Made by a program: the position numbers and the translations under genes
The notes under the pieces: generated by a model
Told to the model about the DNA's origin: nothing
The model's database searches: none
Seen by the model: only the letters and a program-made list of their open reading frames with translations
Part shown: one piece after another, positions 55,930-64,000 of the stretch
Position numbering within the stretch: the first letter of the stretch is position 1
Layout of the letters: each line of letters opens with the position of its first letter
Source of the DNA: Octopus sinensis
Lineage: Eukaryota
DNA length: 64,000 nt
Direction: 5' to 3'
Assembly (NCBI RefSeq): GCF_006345805.1
Contig: NW_021835462.1
Coordinates: forward strand, 14,920-78,919

Positions 55930-57044
55930 TGTTTCTTTATTAGCCACACAGGGCTGCAACACGATAGAACAAATTACAAGGTAGAGCTTTCTTTTGAAGG
56001 TTAAAAAAAAGGAAGGGGGAGTTTCGATCAAAAGGGATGTAAAAGGAGAGAAAGAGGACAAAAAAAGGGGGTTAAAAAAAGGGGAGAGGAAAAAAAAAAA
56101 GAAAAAAAAAATTTGATCAATAGGGATCGTTATCACAGAAATGTCAATATAAGTGTAAAGGGGAGGACAGGTGAGGTTTACCCGTGGAAAGAAAAGCCTA
56201 CGGAAAAGACCACGGTAACCTCGGTCAATGGAGTCACATGTATTATTTTCTTTTTTTTTTTTTTTGCAAATAAGCAACTCTCTGTTTTCAATTTCTGGGT
56301 TCATAGGATCATGTTCAAGGTGGCTTCGTCATTCATACGTGCCATTCTTGCTACATTCACCCATCTTTTTTTAAAACATTCGCTAGACAAAACTTGCCTC
56401 TCTACTCTCACTTTCCTTTTCAAGTGGTACTTGAAGAAGTTTATGAGAGATTGACCAGAGAGGAAAGTGTTTGTCTCCAATCCTTTCAGACGCGTCCACC
56501 AGATACATTCTTTCGCCATAGCCACAAGGATGATGAAAATAGCTCTTCCTTTCCGTTTGAAGGAGGGAGGCGTGACAATATTAATGATAGACTCAGCTGA
56601 TAAACCGACTCGTCCCACACGTGACAGCAGTTGTTCGACACAAGCCCACAGGTCGGAAATTGTTGGACACTGCACGAGTGCGTGCAGAACGGTTTCGTCG
56701 CTCTGACCGCATCTCGGGCAGGTCGGCCCCGTGTTTCTCGAGCCGTTCTGTAGAGCTTATCCCGAACGGGTAGCGCTTCTCGGTAGCACTGCCAGGCCAG
56801 GGATTTCTGGAAGTTGTCCATGGGCCCTGGCCCGAAAGTCGTCCTGAACAGGCGGTCAGGTACTCCTCGTCGACGTCCAGGTTCGCCCCGAGCTCGTCGT
56901 CGTACCTCCCCTCCACTAACCCCTATAGAATGCTTTGTTGTGTTGAGTCACTCAAGGTCGACCAGGACCGATAGTTGCTTGAGAGCAACGCGACACTCGC
57001 GGTGCCATTCGCCCTTCTTCGGCCTCTTTTTGATCCACGACTGC
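55930..57044 (-). mobile_element. 5'-truncated Tx1/L1-group LINE embedded in (GATA)n
   Basis: AWQCYREALPVRDKL and CPRC..SDETVLH...C (zf-RVT-like), VAMAKECIWWTR; AATAAA at 3' end; (GATA)n at 55848-55929 and 57045-57115. Confidence 0.85.
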
Positions 57045-57115
<71 letters not shown>

Positions 57116-57323
57116 GACAGTGCTTTTATGGCTTTCAAGTATTTTAGCTTATTTTTTTTGCAAAAGTGGTTATAGTCAGCACCGTCTGTCACTTTTGTGA
57201 CCTCTGTTAATTTTGCCCTTACGGTCTAACTGCTAATAAGCCACCCTTTTTAATTGGCTCGTGGTAGGACGGTCTGACGTCTATTTTTAGCATACAAGGA
57301 ATCCACTTCGTGGTCTCTCCTCT

Positions 57324-57354
<31 letters not shown>

Positions 57355-58224
57355 CTGTGTTTCTTCACCATCACTGCTTGACAACCGGTGTTGGCATATT
57401 TACGTCCTTTTAAGAAAGCGGTTCGGAAAAAGAGACCGAAGATAAAATAAGTACTGCGCTTTAAAGAAATGAGTCCTGAAGTTGATTTGTTCGATTAAAA
57501 ACCCATCATAGCGGCGCCCCAACATGGCCGCAGTTAAATGTCTGGAACAAGTAAAAGATAAAAGATATTTCGAACTTTTGATGGCTACCAGCAGTAAGAA
57601 CATGTCTGATATGTTGATGCTGCCTTGTTTATTTGCTTGGATAGATTCACTGCTGTTGACTGGCCTCTTATGATGTGAGAAGAAAACGTAAGTTCAAAGT
57701 AGTTTTGAAAGGCAAAACTTTAAAAATAGCTCAAGCATCTTAAAGAGGCTACGGAACCTAAATGTACCTCGAGAGATTCAGAGGGATTCAGTTAAAACTC
57801 GTGTTTGTTCGTTTGTTTGTTTAATTTAGGGTCAGAGTCCAATAAATCAGAAGAGGGTTCAGTGATTTTTAAAGAACCCTTTTCGATTAAAAAGAATTTA
57901 AGGAAGCAAAGAATAAAATTATAAATTATTTATTTATTTGCTCTGAATATAGTTTGTACGCCTTAGGTCCAAGCTAAGTGAGCTTCCCAGGATTGGAATG
58001 GGGTCTGGGGTCTGGGGTCTGGGGTCTGGATTATGATCCATATATAAATCTGAGCTTGTATGTGCATGTGAATATGCATGAGCGAGCATGCGTATGCGTG
58101 TAGTGTGGTATGTGAGGGCATGTGCACGTGATTGTGTGAGCGTATAATCATATATATATATAGTATACATTAGCACATGTGTATATGTATATATATATAT
58201 GGAGAGAGAGAGAGAGAAAGAAAG

Positions 58225-58535
58225 AGGCAGAGGCGTGGTAAGAAGCTTGCTTGTCAACTACATGGTTTTGATTTCAGCCCCACTGCCTGGCATCTTGGAC
58301 AAGTATCTTCCACTAAAACCTCGGCCCGACCAAAGTCTTCTAAGTGGAACTGGTTGACGGAAACTGAAAAGAAGCCCCTCCTATATATACAAGTATGTGT
58401 GTATATATATCTGTGAGTGTGTGACTGTCCCCACCACTGTCCCACAACCGGTATTGGCATGTTTACGTTCCAGTAACTTAGCGGTTTGGCAAAAGAACCC
58501 GATTGAATAAGTACCTGGCTTATGACTGAAACAAG
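58225..58535 (+). mobile_element. SINE family A copy (diverged)
   Basis: Head, internal microsatellite and 3' half all recognisable. Confidence 0.8.
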
Positions 58536-58550
58536 TATGTGTGTGTGTGA

Positions 58551-58621
<71 letters not shown>

Positions 58622-58704
58622 CCTATTTGTATGCGAGTGTATATTTTTGTTTGTGTGTTTCGATTCCGAAAAAAAAAAGAAAAAGCCAGCACTACCTTAA
58701 CCAA

Positions 58705-58825
58705 CATATAGAAGAAGAAGAAGAGGAAGAAGAATATGAAGAAGAAGAAGAAGAAGAAGAAGAAGAAGAAGAAGAAGAAAAGGAGGAAGAAGAAGTAGAA
58801 TAATATATAATAATAATAATAAGAA

Positions 58826-58856
<31 letters not shown>

Positions 58857-59530
58857 AAGAAGAAGAAAAGGAAGAAGAAGAAAGAAGAAGAAGAAGAAGA
58901 AAAGGAAGAAGAAGAAGAAGAAAAAGAAGACGAAGAAGAAGAAAAAGGAGAAGTAGAGGAAGAAGAAGAAGAAAAGGAAGAAGAAGAAGAAAAAGAAGAC
59001 GAAGAAGAAGAAAAAGGAGAAGTAGAGGAAGAAGAAGAAAAAAAGGAAGAAGAAGAAGAAAAAGAAGAAGAAGAAGAAAAAGAAGAAGAAGAAGAAGAAG
59101 AAGGAGAAGTAGAGAAAGAAGAGGAAGTAGAGCAACAACAGCAACAACGGACACAGTAATAATAATAATTGCAGACGGTAAAACATTTCTGTTAATACGA
59201 TAACCGCTTGTTACATGAAAGATCTTTTGAACGAAACATCAGATTGAATAGTCGTGGGTTGGTCGGGTGGTGGAGGGTGGCGGGTGGAGAGAGAGAGTGA
59301 TGGGTGGGTTGCCAGGTCAGACGGACTGTTTTCTACCTTCGCCCTCTCTTCTCTCTCCCTCACACACACACACATACAAACGCATACACACACAAACACA
59401 AGCACACACACACACACACAGATGCAGAGAGAGTGAGAGAGAGAGAGGAGGAGAAGGAGAAGAAGGAGGAGAAGGAGGAGAAGAAGAAGAGGAAGAAGAA
59501 GGGGAGGAATAAGAAGAAGAAGAGGAGGAA

Positions 59531-59561
<31 letters not shown>

Positions 59562-59573
59562 AAGAAGAAGAAG

Positions 59574-59605
<32 letters not shown>

Positions 59606-59615
59606 GAAGAAGACG
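58705..59615. repeat. two (GAA)n-rich polypurine tracts (58705-59140, 59450-59615)
   Basis: Direct inspection; includes a duplicated ~69-bp gaagacgaag...ggagaagtagagg block. Confidence 0.9.
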
Positions 59616-60424
59616 GTAGAGAGAGAAGGGGAAGTGAGTGGGGAGGATTGTGAAAACACGAAATAAAATTTCATTGAAAGAAAAAATATTGGGTTTTCGG
59701 TTGTTGATTTTGTAGATGTTTGTGCGTGTGTATGTACGGGTGTGTGTGTTCGTGCATGTATGTATGTACGTGTGTGTGTGTGTGTGTGTGTGTGTCTGTG
59801 TGTGTGTGCACGCGAGCGCATGTGTGTGTATGTTTTAATAATTACTTATATATTTCTCAAAATTGTAGTTTGATGATGGAAGAGAAAGGATTCCGAACAC
59901 AAAATAGAAATTTTAATTTAGCCCCTCAACAAATTCATTAGGAATTAACACCAGAGCAATAAATCCACGAATCCCCTAACAACGATAGACATTTCTGAGT
60001 CTTAATTTCTTTTTTTTTTTTTTTTGAAATCTAAATAAATTCGTCTCATAACCTTATGAGATTTTTCTGATATCAAATAAAAATCTTACAGATTCATAAT
60101 GGCCACATGTTTGTCACCAGATCATCAAAAACACATCTTGTACTTTAACGATGATCAAACACACACGCACACACACATGTACTTTAAAATGTAAATCTGG
60201 TTTCATTTTATGTTGTACTTTGTCTCAGCTATGTCGCTTTCTTAAGAGCCCGATAGTAAGGATACTAGGGCTTCGATTGCCTTGTCAACACTATTCCAAG
60301 ATAGATATATCCTCCTGAAAACGTTTATGATATTCGTAGGTTACCGTACGGCAGATTTTCCCTGAAAATAGTCGACGAAAAACCTCAGAAAGACCTTAGC
60401 CTATTATTTGTAATCCTTTAAGTC

Positions 60425-60640
60425 GGCTAAGGCGGTAAACTGATAGAATCGTAAGCGCGCCGGTTAAAGTGCTTAGCAAAAGTTCGTCCGTCTTTATGTT
60501 CTGAGCTCAAATTCCACCGAGATCGACTTTGCCTTTCATCCTTTTGGGGTCGATTTAATAAATGCGAGTTAATCACTCGGATCGATGTAATCAATTTACC
60601 TCGCCCCACGAACTTGCTGACCTTGTGCCGAAACGCGAAA
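60425..60640 (+). mobile_element. degenerate SINE family B
   Basis: aaattccaccgagatcgactttgcctttcatccttttggggtcgat. Confidence 0.8.
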
Positions 60641-60936
60641 CAAATACTTAAGGACGCAGTTTATTTCGGAAAGCTTCCCGGATTTGTGATTTACTACACA
60701 ATTACACCGATACTTCTAAAACCATTCAGTTTAGTTTTCTCCATTAAAACACCTCAACAACTCTCGTATTGAAGGGCATCCAAAAGCAATCTTTAATATT
60801 TGGCAGCACTTCTCCAGGCTAACATATTCCCCAAGTATTTCAATCCGATTTGCGTTTTAACCATCACATTAGGAAAGTTAAATTTTTTCTGTTTTGTATT
60901 CTACTCTGCGCGCGTAAGCGAAAGCACGATATTGTA

Positions 60937-61163
60937 GCGAGCTGGCAGAAACGTTAGCACGCCGGGCGAAATGCTTTGCGGTATTTTGTCCGCCGCTGCG
61001 TTCTGAGTTCAAATTCCACCGAGGTCGACTTTGCCTTTCATCCTTTCGGGATCGATTAAATAAGTACCAGTTACGCACTGGGGTCGATGTAATCGACTTA
61101 ATCCGTTTGTCTGTCCTTGTTTGTCCTCTCTGTGTTTAGCCCCTTGTGGGTAGTAAAGAAATA
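60937..61163 (+). mobile_element. SINE family B with 9-bp TSD
   Basis: TSD GATATTGTA at 60928-60936 and 61164-61172. Confidence 0.9.
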
Positions 61164-61458
61164 GATATTGTAATCACTCGTCTTTGTCTGTCTGTTTGCA
61201 AAATTACTGGAAAACGGCTGAACGGATTTTCACCATATTTGGCAGAAAAAATCATTGGGTGAGTGGCTCGAAATGATGAACATTTGTTTTGATTATCTTT
61301 AACATAAAGAATGAAATTTTAAATTGAACTTACAAATTCCCCGATAAGAAAGTGGTCATATCATTTTGTTCACTTATTTTTTTCATATGAATCGACCCTC
61401 GTCTACGTGTGTATAGACACGTATGAGTACATACATACATAATACATACATACATACA

Positions 61459-61492
<34 letters not shown>

Positions 61493-61514
61493 CATACATA
61501 CATTCATACATACA

Positions 61515-61545
<31 letters not shown>

Positions 61546-61679
61546 GTGACTGAGTGGGGGATATGTGTGTGTGTTAGTGTGTACGTATGTGTGTGTGTGC
61601 AATGATGGATTCAAGTGTTTCGTTTATTTACGATTTCTTAATTTCACCGGAGTATAGATACCTACAATGGTAATACTTA

Positions 61680-61846
<167 letters not shown>

Positions 61847-62305
61847 TTGAGTTCAATTAAAAAGCATGGGTAAGCAACGCATTCAGCCACACCATAAGCA
61901 GCGTGAAATAAAGTGACTTGATCAAGGACTCAGCTCGCAGGCGGGAATCGAACTCACGACATGGCCTCCTCACTGCACGCACACACACATACACACACAC
62001 ATATACATATTCACAAATACTGAAATCTTTAATCGTAGCTACATTTATCAATGATCTGATATTATTTATTTTTATGTGTGTTATACTAAATAAGGAATAT
62101 TTACAAGGATACTGACTTTTTCAAGGATTTCATATTTAGCCGTATCCGAGCATCAGCAGAATAATTTTAGTTTATTTACGGGAGGTAATTTATTACCGAG
62201 GTTTATCAACTAAAAAGGAAATCGTTGTTACTATTTCATGTATTTATGAGAAAATGCCATATACATCAAAAATAGAATATTTTCCACAATTTTGCTTCGC
62301 GGAAC

Positions 62306-62351
62306 AAATATAGACAAATGTTTCGATAACTGTTCGCCTCCTCAGACACTC
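62306..62351 (-). ncRNA. degenerate hammerhead motif
   Basis: Reverse complement gagtgt-CTGAGGA-ggcga acag ttatc-GAAA-C attt G-TC-t-atattt; core intact, stems held mostly by G-U pairs. Confidence 0.4.
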
Positions 62352-62454
62352 TTCAACTAAAGAAGGATATCTATTAAAGAACACTATATTAACAGTTCGT
62401 ATGTATTTTCGTATCTATGCATTCATATATTGTTACTATGCAGACATACTGGGG

Positions 62455-62795
62455 CATTAGACTGTAGCCATGCTGGGGCACCGCCTTGAAGAACGTTTAG
62501 TCGAACGGATCAACCCCAGTACTTATTTACTTTTTTTGTATGCCTGGCATATATTCCATTGATCTTTTTTGCCGAACCGCTAAGTTATCGAAACATAAAC
62601 ACACCAACACTGATGGTCAAGCGGTAGCGGAAGAACAAGCACAGATACAAAGACACACAAACTCATATATATATATATGTATATATACGACGGGCTTCTT
62701 CCGTCTACCAAATCCACTCCCAAGGCTTTGGTCGCTCCCAGGCTGTAGTAGAAAACACCTACTACCCACGCAGTGGAGCTGAACCCGGAACCATA
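62455..62795 (-). mobile_element. SINE family A copy (diverged)
   Basis: gactgtagccatgctggggcaccgcc...gctgaacccggaaccat homology. Confidence 0.8.
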
Positions 62796-62873
62796 TGGCT
62801 GTAATCTATACATACATAGATACATACATAAATACACACACACACATACATACATACATACATACATACATAC

Positions 62874-62906
<33 letters not shown>

Positions 62907-63344
62907 CATACATACATACATGCATGCATACATGCATATATGCATATATATGTACGTATATTCGAAGTTTTTCATTCTATATATTATATATGTGCAATCT
63001 TCCCGTAGCTGTATTTCAGATATAGAACACTTTCTTGAGTGTTTTTTCTCTCAGCTATAATGTTGGTATTCACGGTACTATTACAAAATTACTATTCTTT
63101 CTTTCTCTCTTTCCCTATCTCTCTCTTCCTCTCTCTTTCTGAGGAGAGAAACTGGAAGCAAGGCCACCAACAGGAGGATATTACGCTTCCGTGCCGAACC
63201 ACCCGATGATGGTTGGATGCTGTCTGATGACATCAGTTCCTCCTGATCAAGAATCCATTCACCTTGGTGAGTGGAGAAGAAACACCATTTTCTGTGTTAT
63301 CAATGACACACAGACACACACACACAATATATATATATATATAG

Positions 63345-64000
63345 ATGAGTGTATTTTTACCTTGTTAACAATTAACACGGAAAAAAAAAATAAATAGTTA
63401 CCAGGGCAGCAAAAATCTCACAAGTAAAGATGTTGTAACTCCTTGTTTATAAAGATAGAAACTTCGTGTTTACGTTGAATATTTTGAATAATATGAATAA
63501 AAAAATGGAGTTCACGCAGGTGTAATCAAATATTTTTACTTTCGACACATGTTTCGAAAATTCCACTGATACTATTCAAAAGAATAAATGGTATAAACAA
63601 TGCAATCTTCTCCTCAGGAAAGTGAAAAAAACGAAACTCGTCAAGAAGACATTTTAAGCAAAAAGGAATTAAAGTTTAATTATAAATAATGATAGAGACT
63701 ACTTATATGCACTAAATGTATGTTTTTCCAATGCTTACATCTGTATGCTCGCTCTATAACCGTGTTACTAGAGTAGTTTTTAGAAAAAATATGAAAAATA
63801 GCTCAGAATTGCAGAGAAGACAAATTTTTCTTGCCTTTGTCATATGGTATCAAAATTGAGAGAATCAACCATTCTAAATGAAATTGTTCATGGTGGTCTT
63901 TTAAATCCCAAATCAGTTTGCTGAGACCGGTACTATTCCGTTTATTTCTATCCCTAAATGTTGAGTAATGGTAAGAATTCTTTAGATACACTAACGAGTG
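63345..64000 (-). mobile_element. Penelope-like element 3' end: GIY-YIG endonuclease C-terminus plus pLTR
   Basis: HYSTFRDRNKRNSTGLSKLIWDLKD...W.IL...PY.KGKK, then frameshifted ICLLCNSELFFI...CKH, typical of PLE GIY-YIG; continues beyond the window. Confidence 0.85.
63538..63623 (-). ncRNA. type I hammerhead ribozyme with canonical core and extended stem II
   Basis: ACTTTC-CTGAGGA-GAAGA[~45-nt hairpin]TTTTC-GAAA-C atgt G-TC-GAAAGT. Confidence 0.8.

Overview
AT-rich, extremely repeat-dense eukaryotic DNA with no recognisable host protein-coding exon. The SINE families and microsatellite load look like an octopus (coleoid cephalopod) genome; this is inferred from repeat families I recognise, not from a database search. 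Contents: (TA)n, (CA)n, (TACA)n, (GATA)n, (GAA)n and (ATT)n microsatellites, more than 25 tRNA-derived SINE copies, truncated LINEs (CR1-type, R4/Dong-type, Tx1/L1-type, RTE), Penelope-like remnants, Helitron-like and MITE elements, and a mariner remnant. Almost all long ORFs in the track are microsatellite read-throughs. Four things stand out. (1) About ten hammerhead-ribozyme motifs occur, including a 357-bp tandem-plus-inverted trimer with a compensated U3-A8 core (11.85-12.84 kb) and an intact motif with a long stem II behind a Penelope GIY-YIG ORF (63.5 kb). (2) A ~4.6-kb (ATT)n tract is followed by a ~600-bp-period array of five identically truncated R4/Dong 3' fragments. (3) A Tx1-type LINE sits inside (GATA)n. 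(4) A foldback hairpin family shows symmetric, compensated arm divergence. Many single-base indels in the tandem arrays suggest residual long-read error, so array details need read-level checking.
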